This document shows, in pieces, positions 35,321 to 43,403 of a stretch of 64,000 bases of DNA (the stretch's first letter is position 1; every line of letters begins with the position of its first letter). Location of the stretch: assembly GCA_046262715.1 (NCBI GenBank), contig JBHEMG010000045.1:986-64985 (forward strand), written 5' to 3'. Both the position numbers and the translations under genes were made by a program. This stretch comes from Gemmatimonadales bacterium. GTDB taxonomy: Bacteria > Gemmatimonadota > Gemmatimonadetes > Gemmatimonadales > GWC2-71-9. Below the pieces are notes generated by a model. That model searched no databases and was not told the DNA's origin. It saw nothing but the letters and a program-made list of their open reading frames with translations.

Positions 35321-36447
35321 GCGACTCCTGTGTGGTGATAGCGGCGGCGCCAGTCGTCGGCCCAGGTCGTGAACGCGTCGCCACCCCGCTGAATGGAGGC
35401 GCGCATTTCCGCCGCGAGGCGGATCAGATAACGAACGTTGTGCAGCGACATCAGCCGCAGCCCCAGCAGTTCACCCGCGACAAAAAGATGGCGCAAGTAG
35501 CCGCGTGAGTAGGTCGTGCACGTCTCACAATCACAGCTCGCATCGAGCGGCCGGTCGTCGGTGCGAAACCCGGCGTTGCGGATGTTCAACGTGCCCTCGG
35601 GCGTGAACGCCGAGCCGTTGCGGCCGCTGCGCGTCGGCGCAACGCAGTCGAACAGATCGACACCGCGCTCCACTGCCGCAACGAGGTCTTCCGGAAACCC
35701 GACGCCCATAAGATAACGGGGCAGGGCATCGGGCAGACGCGCCTCCAGCACGTCGATGGTGGCGTACATCTTTTCTTTGGCTTCCCCCACCGACAGCCCC
35801 CCGATCGCTATACCGGTCCAGGGGCCTAACGCCAGAATGCGATCGAGACTCTCGGTGCGCAGGGCCGGCAGCGTGCCGCCCTGGACAATGGGCCACAGCG
35901 TTTGCTCGTTGGTCTTCAGCTCGTCGTGGCGCCGCTTGCACCGTTCCAGCCACCGCAGCGTCCGCTCCAAAGCATCCCGAGCCGTCGCCTCGTCCGCGCC
36001 GCCCGCAATGACATGATCGAACGCCATCGAGATGTCGGAGCCGAGCTGCCATTGAATCTCGATGGCCTTTTCGGGCGTGAGCTTGCGGCGGGCGCCGTCA
36101 ATGTGGCTCTGAAACTCCACACCGTCCTCGTCGACCTTGCGGAAGCCCTCGAGCGAGAAGACCTGGAACCCACCGGAATCGGTCAGCAGCGGCCGCTCCC
36201 ACGCCATGAACTTGTGCAGCCCGCCGAGCTGGCTGATCACGTCTTCGCCCGGACGCACGTGGAGATGGTAGGTGTTGGCGAGCACGATCTGAGCGCCGAC
36301 GGCTTTGAGGTCGGCGGGCGACAGCGTGCGCACCGTGGCCTGCGTGCCGACCGGCATGAAGACGGGCGTCTCGACCGTGCCGTGGGGCAGGGTCAGCGAG
36401 CCGGCGCGCGCGGCGCCGGACGTGGCGTCGATCCAGAAATCAAACAT
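35317..36447 (-). CDS. tgt: tRNA-guanine transglycosylase
   Basis: The 376-aa ORF has TPVFMPVGT, LTDSGGFQV and the zinc site CDCETC...H. Confidence 0.94.
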   Translation of the reverse strand: MFDFWIDATSGAARAGSLTLPHGTVETPVFMPVGTQATVRTLSPADLKAVGAQIVLANTYHLHVRPGEDVISQLGGLHKFMAWERPLLTDSGGFQVFSLEGFRKVDEDGVEFQSHIDGARRKLTPEKAIEIQWQLGSDISMAFDHVIAGGADEATARDALERTLRWLERCKRRHDELKTNEQTLWPIVQGGTLPALRTESLDRILALGPWTGIAIGGLSVGEAKEKMYATIDVLEARLPDALPRYLMGVGFPEDLVAAVERGVDLFDCVAPTRSGRNGSAFTPEGTLNIRNAGFRTDDRPLDASCDCETCTTYSRGYLRHLFVAGELLGLRLMSLHNVRYLIRLAAEMRASIQRGGDAFTTWADDWRRRYHHTGVA

Positions 36448-36452
36448 TGGGC

Positions 36453-36534
36453 GATTGCGGATTGGGGATTTCGGATTGCGGATTGTGCTGACACGTGGTC
36501 AATCCGCAATTCGCAATCGACAATCCGCAATTAC
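36453..36534. repeat. Dyad-symmetric array of 5 + 5 heptamer repeats (long hairpin) in the queA-tgt spacer
   Basis: The left block GATTGCG GATTGGG GATTTCG GATTGCG GATTGTG spans 36453-36487. The centre is ctgacacgtggt, containing CACGTG. The right block CAATCCG CAATTCG CAATCGA CAATCCG CAATTAC spans 36500-36534. Positions 36454-36485 are complementary to 36500-36531 at 28 of 32 positions (hand count). Confidence 0.85.
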
Positions 36535-37558
36535 AGGATGAGCATCGCATCCCCATAAGAATAGAACCGATACCCTTTCTGTACCGCTTCTCGATACGCG
36601 GCCATCACGGGCTCGTACCCGCCAAACGCGCAGACGAGCATGAGCAGCGTCGAGCGCGGCAGGTGAAAATTGGTGATCAAGCGACCGACGATCTTGAAAT
36701 CGTACGGCGGCCGGATGAAGAGCGCGGTTTCACCGCTGCTCGGTTGTATCCGGCCGTCCGCGTTGGCGGCGCTCTCCAGCGCGCGCACGACGGTGGTGCC
36801 CACAGCCCATACCTTCCGATCGCGGTCGAGCGCGTGATTGATCCACTCCGCCGCACCGGGAGAAATCTCGAACGCCTCCGCATGCATCGGATGCGCCGAG
36901 ATCTCTTCGGTCTCGACCGGCTTGAACGTGCCGGGCCCGACATGCAGATCGAGCGAGGCGACGCGTACCTGGCGGGTGTAGAGATTCGCGAGGAGCTCGG
37001 GCGTGAAGTGCAGGCCGGCGGTGGGCGCTGCGACACTTCCCTCGTGGGCGGCGTAGACGGTCTGATATCGCTTGCGGTCCGCGTCGTCCGGGGCGCGGCG
37101 AATGTACGGGGGCAGCGGCACTGCGCCGTATTTGGCGAGCGTCGCGCGGGCGTCGAGCGCGCCGCAAAACCGCACCCGGCGCAACCCGCCGCCCAGCACC
37201 TCCAGAATATCCGCGGCGCTGTCGTCGCCGAAGGTCACGCGGCGTCCCGGTTTGAGCTTCCCGCCGGGATGCCCCATCGCCAGCCACGTCCCATCCGCCT
37301 GCTCGCGCACGAGGAGCAGCTCGGCGGGATTTCCGCTGTCGCGCGTGCCGTGCAGGCGAGCGGGGATGACCCGCGATGTGTTGATGACGAGGACGTCCCG
37401 GGCCGGGATCAGCTCGGGAAGGTCCGAGAAGTGCAGATGGCGCATCGTGCCGTTCGCGCGCTCGAGCACGAGCAACCGGCTCGCCGATCGGTCAGGGAGC
37501 GGATGCTGCGCGATCTGCGCGCTGGGGAGGTCGTAGTCGAAATCGGAGAGACGGTGCA

Positions 37559-37559
<1 letters not shown>
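36531..37559 (-). CDS. queA: S-adenosylmethionine:tRNA ribosyltransferase-isomerase
   Basis: The 342-aa ORF has FDYDLP, the TAGLHFT motif and FYSYGDAMLI. The GTG start overlaps the ruvB stop by 1 nt. Confidence 0.93.
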
Positions 37560-38571
<1,012 letters not shown>

Positions 38572-38590
<19 letters not shown>

Positions 38591-38784
38591 GAATCAGACC
38601 CTCGGCTCTTCGGCAGCGCGCGCCAGCGTACCGGACGCGCTTCCGGCTCGATGATGTGCAGCGTGTGACAGCGCAGGCAGGTATCCTCGGCGCGCGTCGT
38701 GCCCACGGGCACGAGCCGGCGATTGGTCGACCCGCAGCGGCTGCAGATCCACTCCGCGGTGATGTCGCCCGGAAGGGACGTCAT
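38572..38784 (-). CDS. Small zinc-ribbon protein (2 x CxxC) encoded between ruvA and ruvB
   Basis: The 70 aa read [70 protein letters not shown]. The ATG forms an ATGA overlap with the ruvA stop, and the 3' end overlaps the ruvB start by 19 nt. Third-position GC is strong over the first ~55 codons. Without this ORF there would be a 190-nt gap in an otherwise gapless operon. Confidence 0.55.
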
Positions 38785-39368
38785 CGCGTGGTCAGGATTT
38801 GAAGGGCGCGCCGCACCAGCACCTCGGTTTCCTCGGTGCCGTTGCCCGTCAACGCCTGGCGAACGGCGCGGTCGGCTTCCGGCGCGCCGTATCCCAGTCG
38901 CTCGAGCGCGCGCAGCGCCGCCTCCGCTCCGACGGGGGGAGCGGCAGCGGCGGGCTCCGTGAAGTTTTCGACTTTGTCCCCCAGTTCCAGCGCCAGGCGC
39001 TCGGCGGTTTTGCGGCCGATACCGCTGACCGATGAAAGCAGCGCGATGTTTTTCTCGCGCAGCGCGCGCGCGCCGCGCTCGACGCCCAGCGCCGACAGCA
39101 CGGCGATGCCGATCTTCGGCCCCACGCCGGTGACGCTGGTAAGGCGCTGGAAGAAGCGGCGCTCCACGTCGTCCAGAAAGCCGTAGAGCGACCACCCGTC
39201 TTCGCGGACCACGAGCTCGGTCGCGAGCGTCACTTCCGAGCCGGGGGCAGGCAGCCGCTCCATCACGCCCAGGGGCACGATGACCTCGTAGCCGACGCCG
39301 CCCGCCGTCTCGACGATGACGCGGTCGGCCGTCTTCGCGGCGAGTCGTCCGCGCACGTGCGCGATCAT
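38781..39368 (-). CDS. ruvA: Holliday junction DNA-binding protein RuvA
   Basis: The 195-aa ORF has MIAHVRGRL... and HhH motifs (LTSVTGVGPKIG, LSSVSGIGRKTAERL). Confidence 0.93.
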   Translation of the reverse strand: MIAHVRGRLAAKTADRVIVETAGGVGYEVIVPLGVMERLPAPGSEVTLATELVVREDGWSLYGFLDDVERRFFQRLTSVTGVGPKIGIAVLSALGVERGARALREKNIALLSSVSGIGRKTAERLALELGDKVENFTEPAAAAPPVGAEAALRALERLGYGAPEADRAVRQALTGNGTEETEVLVRRALQILTTR

Positions 39369-39841
39369 GAGCGAATGATGTAGGTCAGCGCGGCCGCCAC
39401 GCCATCGGCCGCATCGGACGGCTCGGGCGCGCTCTTGAGCCGTAGGAGATGGGCGACCATCGCTCCAACCTGATGCTTACGCGCCCCCCCAGCGCCGGCG
39501 ACCGTCTTCTTGATCATCGCCGGTGCGTACTGCGCGATATCGAGCCCCTCCTGCTGCGCCGCGAGCAGAATCACTCCCCGGGCATGGCCCAGCACGAGCG
39601 TCGTGCGCACGTTCTTATGATAGAAGGCGTCCTCCAGTGCGAGGACGGAGGGGTGGTGGCGCTTGATCAGCGTCGCGATTTCTGTGTGCAGCTCGGCGAG
39701 GCGGTGGGGGAGCGGATTGCCGCGGTCAAACCGGAAGACGCCGCATTCAACGAGACGCCCCATCCCGGGAGTGCCGTTCCCCGTTTCGATCACGCCATAA
39801 CCGGTGATCGCGGTGCCGGGGTCGACGCCCAGGACCCTCAC
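39365..39841 (-). CDS. ruvC: Crossover junction endodeoxyribonuclease RuvC
   Basis: The 158-aa ORF has (V)RVLGVDPGT and the C-terminal acidic catalytic residues (SDAADGVA). It has an ATGA overlap with ruvA. Confidence 0.92.
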   Translation of the reverse strand: MRVLGVDPGTAITGYGVIETGNGTPGMGRLVECGVFRFDRGNPLPHRLAELHTEIATLIKRHHPSVLALEDAFYHKNVRTTLVLGHARGVILLAAQQEGLDIAQYAPAMIKKTVAGAGGARKHQVGAMVAHLLRLKSAPEPSDAADGVAAALTYIIRS

Positions 39842-39842
39842 G

Positions 39843-40589
39843 TCATTCCGTCACCGCCGCCATCGCCTCGGCGTCGATGTCGAAGTTGGAAAAGACCTTC
39901 GCCACGTCGTCCATTTCCTCGAGGCCTTCGACGAGGTGCAGCAGGCGCTTGGCGTCGTTGCCCTCGACTTTTACGGTGTTCTTGGGAACCATCGCGATTT
40001 CGGCACTCTGCACCGGCAGCTTCTTTTTCTTCAGCGCTTCGTGGATCGCATGCAGCTGCGTGGGGGGCGTGGTGATCAGGTAGATGTCGCCCTCTTTCTC
40101 CATGTCGTCGGCGCCCGCGTCGAGGGCGGCTTCCATCGTCGCGTCCTCGTTCGCTTTCGCATCTACCACGATCTGGCCTTTGCGGTCGAACATCCACGCC
40201 ACCGCGTTCGTCGCGGCCATGTTGGCGCCGTGACGCTGGAACACGTTGCGGATCTCGGCGACCGTGCGGTTGGGATTGTCGGTCGTCGCTTGAATGAGCA
40301 GGGCGGCGCCGCCGGGACCATATCCCTCGTAGGTGACCTCGTCGTAGGTCACGCCTTCGAGCTCGCCGGTGCCCTTTTTGATCGCGCGGTCGATGTTGTC
40401 GGCCGGCATGTTCTCGGCCTTGGCGGCGTCGATCGCCGTGCGCAGACGCGCATTGCCGCCTGGGTCGCCGCCTCCCTGCTTGGCGGCAATCGTGATTTCA
40501 CGGATCAGGCGGGTAAATACAGCGCCCCGCTTCTGATCCGTCACGGCCTTCTTCCGTTTGATTTGTTTCCATTTGCTGTGACCGGCCAC
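39843..40589 (-). CDS. yebC: YebC/PmpR family DNA-binding transcriptional regulator
   Basis: The 248-aa ORF has (V)AGHSKWKQIKRKKAVTDQKRG, which is diagnostic of the family. It uses a GTG start. Confidence 0.92.
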   Translation of the reverse strand: MAGHSKWKQIKRKKAVTDQKRGAVFTRLIREITIAAKQGGGDPGGNARLRTAIDAAKAENMPADNIDRAIKKGTGELEGVTYDEVTYEGYGPGGAALLIQATTDNPNRTVAEIRNVFQRHGANMAATNAVAWMFDRKGQIVVDAKANEDATMEAALDAGADDMEKEGDIYLITTPPTQLHAIHEALKKKKLPVQSAEIAMVPKNTVKVEGNDAKRLLHLVEGLEEMDDVAKVFSNFDIDAEAMAAVTE

Positions 40590-40611
40590 TGGCAGCTCCC
40601 TGCGTGCAACT

Positions 40612-40673
40612 ACTTACAACTTGACGGCTTGGCGACTCCTCCGACTCTCGCAGCCTCCAACTTACAGCTTGAC
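40612..40673 (+). repeat. 14-bp direct repeat ACTTACA(A/G)CTTGAC, two copies 48 bp apart, in a divergent promoter region
   Basis: Positions 40612-40625 read acttacaacttgac and positions 40660-40673 read acttacagcttgac (13 of 14 identical). Each copy ends in a TTGAC -35-like element. Confidence 0.6.
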
Positions 40674-40698
40674 CGTACGCGCGCGCCACAGGTAGCAT
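40669..40698 (+). promoter_or_regulatory. Candidate promoter giving a leaderless lipoprotein transcript
   Basis: The arrangement is TTGACC (40669-40674), 18 nt, TAGCAT (40693-40698), 8 nt, then ATG at 40707. Confidence 0.4.
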
Positions 40699-40706
40699 TC
40701 CCGCCC

Positions 40707-41117
40707 ATGCCGCGCGCGTATTCATCCCTCGTCATCGCCCTGGTATTGGCCGCCGCCTGCGAGCGCGGCGCCGATCCGGAACAGACGCGGCACGCTGCCG
40801 GCCAAGCCCTGCGCGGCGCGCTGACCTATCCGCGGTCGTCCCTCGTCAGCGTGACATCGGGCGAGGAAGCGGCACAGATCGTCATGACGTCGCCCGATTC
40901 GGTGGCGGCGGTTGCGGCGTGGTTCCAGCAATCGTTGCGGCTGAACAAATGGGACGTGAAGCGGACGGTGGATGATCACCGCGGCACCGTTACGATTTAC
41001 GCGGAGCAGGGCAAACGGCCGCTGTGGCTGACGTTGCGACCCAATGTGGGCGGCGCGGGGACGACCTACACGATGGTCGGAGTGATCCCGATGGACTCGA
41101 CGGTGGGCCGACCCTAG
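40707..41117 (+). CDS. Hypothetical lipoprotein
   Basis: ORF-track entry 39804..41117 is trimmed to ATG 40707, because the upstream part is antisense to yebC. The N-terminus MPRAYSSLVIALVLAAAC contains a lipobox. I recognise no domain. Its stop shares a CTAG with the convergent gene. Confidence 0.6.
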   Translation: MPRAYSSLVIALVLAAACERGADPEQTRHAAGQALRGALTYPRSSLVSVTSGEEAAQIVMTSPDSVAAVAAWFQQSLRLNKWDVKRTVDDHRGTVTIYAEQGKRPLWLTLRPNVGGAGTTYTMVGVIPMDSTVGRP

Positions 41118-41986
41118 CGGTCGGGGTCCAGCATGTCTTCGAAGCGCATCCAGCGGCGATAGAAGTACAAGTCCACAAATCCGGTCGGGCCATTGCGATT
41201 CTTGGCGACGAGCAGCTCCGTCGCCCCCTCCACGCCGCCGCCGGGGTTGTACATCTCCTCGCGGAAAATCGAAAGCACCACATCGGCGTGCTGCTTCGGG
41301 GCGCCGAGTACGCCATAGTCGTCGAGCGTGGGACGGGCGTCGTCGCGGTCGGCCTGAAATCCCGGCAGCTGCGCCACGACGAGCAGCGCGACCTGCCGCG
41401 CCAGCGCCAGCGCCTTGAGGTGGCGTAGCACGAGCGCCGTGTCTTCGTCCTGCGTCGTGCGGGTCTTCGGCGGAGGCACGAGCTGCAGATAGTCCACCAC
41501 GACGAGCCCGATCTGTCGCAGCGGATCCAGGCGCTCGAAGGTCGCCTCGAAGTTTTCGCCCGCGAGCGGGAGGAGGGACAACGGCAGGCCGCGTAGCCGC
41601 ACCGCTGCGCCGCCAACCCCGGCACGGGTCTGATCGGTTAGCTTAGCGGCGCGGAGCTCGTCGATCGCGACTTTTCCTTCGATCGCCAGCGCGCGCTCCA
41701 TCAGTCGCTCTTCATTCATCTCCCCCGACAGATACGCGACGCCCAGCGACTGCTGCGCCACGCGCAGCGCGATGCCGAGGGCGAGGGCCGATTTGCCGCT
41801 GCCGATATCGCCGCCCAGCAGAATGAGATCGCGTCTACGCAAACCACCGCCGAGTAGCTTGTCGAGCGAGCCGAAGCCGGTGGGGATCGTGTCGCCCGTG
41901 ACCTCGCCGGGACGCTGCGCGTCTACGCGCTCGACGAGATTATCGAGCGAGGGGCGCTTTTCGAAACGACGGGCCGGGGAGGGCAT
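41114..41986 (-). CDS. DnaB-helicase C-terminal-domain-only ATPase (RecA-fold), lacking the DnaB N-terminal domain
   Basis: The 290-aa ORF aligns by eye to DnaB from the linker helix onward. Matching segments are IPTGFGSLDKLLGGG, Walker A GDIGSGKSA, Walker B LVVVDYLQLV, LKALARQVALLVVAQL, KQHADVVLSIFREEMY and LLVAKNRNGPTGFVDLYF. Confidence 0.75.
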   Translation of the reverse strand: MPSPARRFEKRPSLDNLVERVDAQRPGEVTGDTIPTGFGSLDKLLGGGLRRRDLILLGGDIGSGKSALALGIALRVAQQSLGVAYLSGEMNEERLMERALAIEGKVAIDELRAAKLTDQTRAGVGGAAVRLRGLPLSLLPLAGENFEATFERLDPLRQIGLVVVDYLQLVPPPKTRTTQDEDTALVLRHLKALALARQVALLVVAQLPGFQADRDDARPTLDDYGVLGAPKQHADVVLSIFREEMYNPGGGVEGATELLVAKNRNGPTGFVDLYFYRRWMRFEDMLDPDR

Positions 41987-41989
41987 GGT

Positions 41990-42358
41990 CTATAGATGCA
42001 ATCTGGCGCTGCGCGCGGCAACGGTGACCGCGTCGCCGGCCTCGGCACCAAGCACATCGCGGGCCGGCGCGGTCAGCTGGCTGAGCACGAGGGCGGCGGC
42101 GTCCGGCGTAGCGGTCTCGAGGTGCTGGCGGGCCGCCGCGAGCGCCCGCTTGAGGGGCGCGGGAAGCGCGAGGCTGCCGATGCGCGTCTCGAGCGCCTGC
42201 AGGCGCCGCCGGTGGTTTTTGGCGCTCACCGGCGCGGGTGGAAGCAGCGCCTCGGCGGCGCGGACCATCAGCCACAGCGCGAACAGCCCTTCGCGTTGTG
42301 GCCCGCGCGAGGACTCCGCGATGAGTGTCACGAGCCGTTCCTCGGCAGGCGTACTCAC
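41990..42358 (-). CDS. Hypothetical helical protein (122 aa)
   Basis: ORF-track entry 41990..42631 is trimmed to GTG 42358, which forms a GTGA overlap with the GT9 stop. The protein VSTPAEERLVTLIAESSRGPQREGLFALWLMVRAAEALL... is Ala/Leu/Arg-rich, and I recognise no domain. It ends 3 nt before the DnaB-like ATG. Confidence 0.45.
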   Translation of the reverse strand: MSTPAEERLVTLIAESSRGPQREGLFALWLMVRAAEALLPPAPVSAKNHRRRLQALETRIGSLALPAPLKRALAAARQHLETATPDAAALVLSQLTAPARDVLGAEAGDAVTVAARSARLHL

Positions 42359-43344
42359 GCGACGAGCGCCTGCACGGCTGACGCGACCTGATCGGGCAGA
42401 ATGTCGTCGAGACAGCGATGGTGGCCGAGCGGGCAACGCTCGCTGCCCATCGCGGAGCAGGGCCGGCACGGGAGATCCCGCTCCAGCACCGCGGCCGGCC
42501 TCGCATACGGAAAAAATCCGAACGATTCCACCGTCGGCCCGAACAGCGCGAGCACCCGCGTGCCCACGCCGGTCGCCATGTGCATCACGCCGGTGTCGCC
42601 GGAGATGAGGACCGCGGCGCGGGCCAGGCATGCCCCGGTCTCCTGCAGGGTGAGCTCGCCGGCCGCGTTCGCCACGCCGGCACCGAGGGCGTCAGCCAGG
42701 GTGCGATCTCCCGGTCCGCCGACCGCGACGACGCCGTACCCGAGCTTCTGCAAGCGCGCCGTCAGAACGCGCCAATGGTCGAGCGGCCAGCGCTTCGTCG
42801 CGTGCGCCGCGCCGGGCGCGATTGCCGCGAACGGTTTCTGCTCGAATCCCCGCTCGCCCAGCCAATGCGCCATGCGCTCGCGCGCCGCGGGCGAGAGAAA
42901 GAATTCCGGCGGACCGCCGTCGGGCGTTACGTCGAGCGGCCGCGCCGCTTCGAAATAGCGCTCCGGGACCGGCACGTGTTTTCCGTAAAGGTTGATCTTG
43001 GTCGAGATCAGCGTGGTGCGCGCGAATTTGCGTTTGGAGTATCCGGACCATTTGCATGGCACGAGCAGCCGGAGTGCGGCGCTGCGGAGGCTGCCGTGTA
43101 AGTCCAGACCATGCGTCGGCCCCAGCGGCCGCAATCGCCGCGCGAGATCGGTGATGCGCTCGCTCGCCTCGAGCGCAATCACACCCGTGAGGTGCGGGTT
43201 CTCGATGACGAGCGGCGCCATCGCGCGCTTGGTCACGAAATAGACTTCGGCTTCGGGGTGGCGGTGATGCAGTGCGCGCACGAGGGGAGTAGTGAGTAAC
43301 ACATCGCCGATGGAGCTGAAACGGACGCAGAGGACGCGCAACAC
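42355..43344 (-). CDS. Glycosyltransferase family 9 (LPS heptosyltransferase-like)
   Basis: The 329-aa ORF has (V)LRVLCVRFSSIGDVLLTTPLVRAL, the typical GT9 N-terminus. It also has GDTGVMHMA in the C-terminal lobe. Confidence 0.85.
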   Translation of the reverse strand: MLRVLCVRFSSIGDVLLTTPLVRALHHRHPEAEVYFVTKRAMAPLVIENPHLTGVIALEASERITDLARRLRPLGPTHGLDLHGSLRSAALRLLVPCKWSGYSKRKFARTTLISTKINLYGKHVPVPERYFEAARPLDVTPDGGPPEFFLSPAARERMAHWLGERGFEQKPFAAIAPGAAHATKRWPLDHWRVLTARLQKLGYGVVAVGGPGDRTLADALGAGVANAAGELTLQETGACLARAAVLISGDTGVMHMATGVGTRVLALFGPTVESFGFFPYARPAAVLERDLPCRPCSAMGSERCPLGHHRCLDDILPDQVASAVQALVA

Positions 43345-43364
43345 GCGGCCAATGTAGTCGCGCG

Positions 43365-43393
43365 TTGCCCGGCTTCGCCAGCGGGACTAGCTT
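43365..43393 (+). promoter_or_regulatory. Candidate promoter of the PorX-like gene (short or no leader)
   Basis: The arrangement is TTGCCC (43365-43370), 17 nt, TAGCTT (43388-43393), 10 nt, then ATG at 43404. On the opposite strand, TACATT (43351-43356) lies 6 nt upstream of the GT9 GTG start. Confidence 0.35.
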
Positions 43394-43403
43394 CCCTCGC
43401 ACG

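Noticed and set aside
41114-41986. The DnaB-like gene as a marker of a prophage or plasmid replication module.
   Set aside because: The window has no integrase, primase, repressor, terminase, structural genes or att-like repeats. GC content and codon bias look native by eye. The flanks are an LPS gene and a lipoprotein gene.
41990-41992. A frameshifted, split full-length dnaB, with the 122-aa ORF acting as its missing N-terminal domain.
   Set aside because: The 122-aa sequence shows no resemblance to the DnaB N-terminal domain, lacking for example the ...P.S.EAE..VLG... start. The DnaB-like ORF has its own ATG and includes the linker helix. I therefore treat them as two separate genes. Read-level verification would still be worthwhile.
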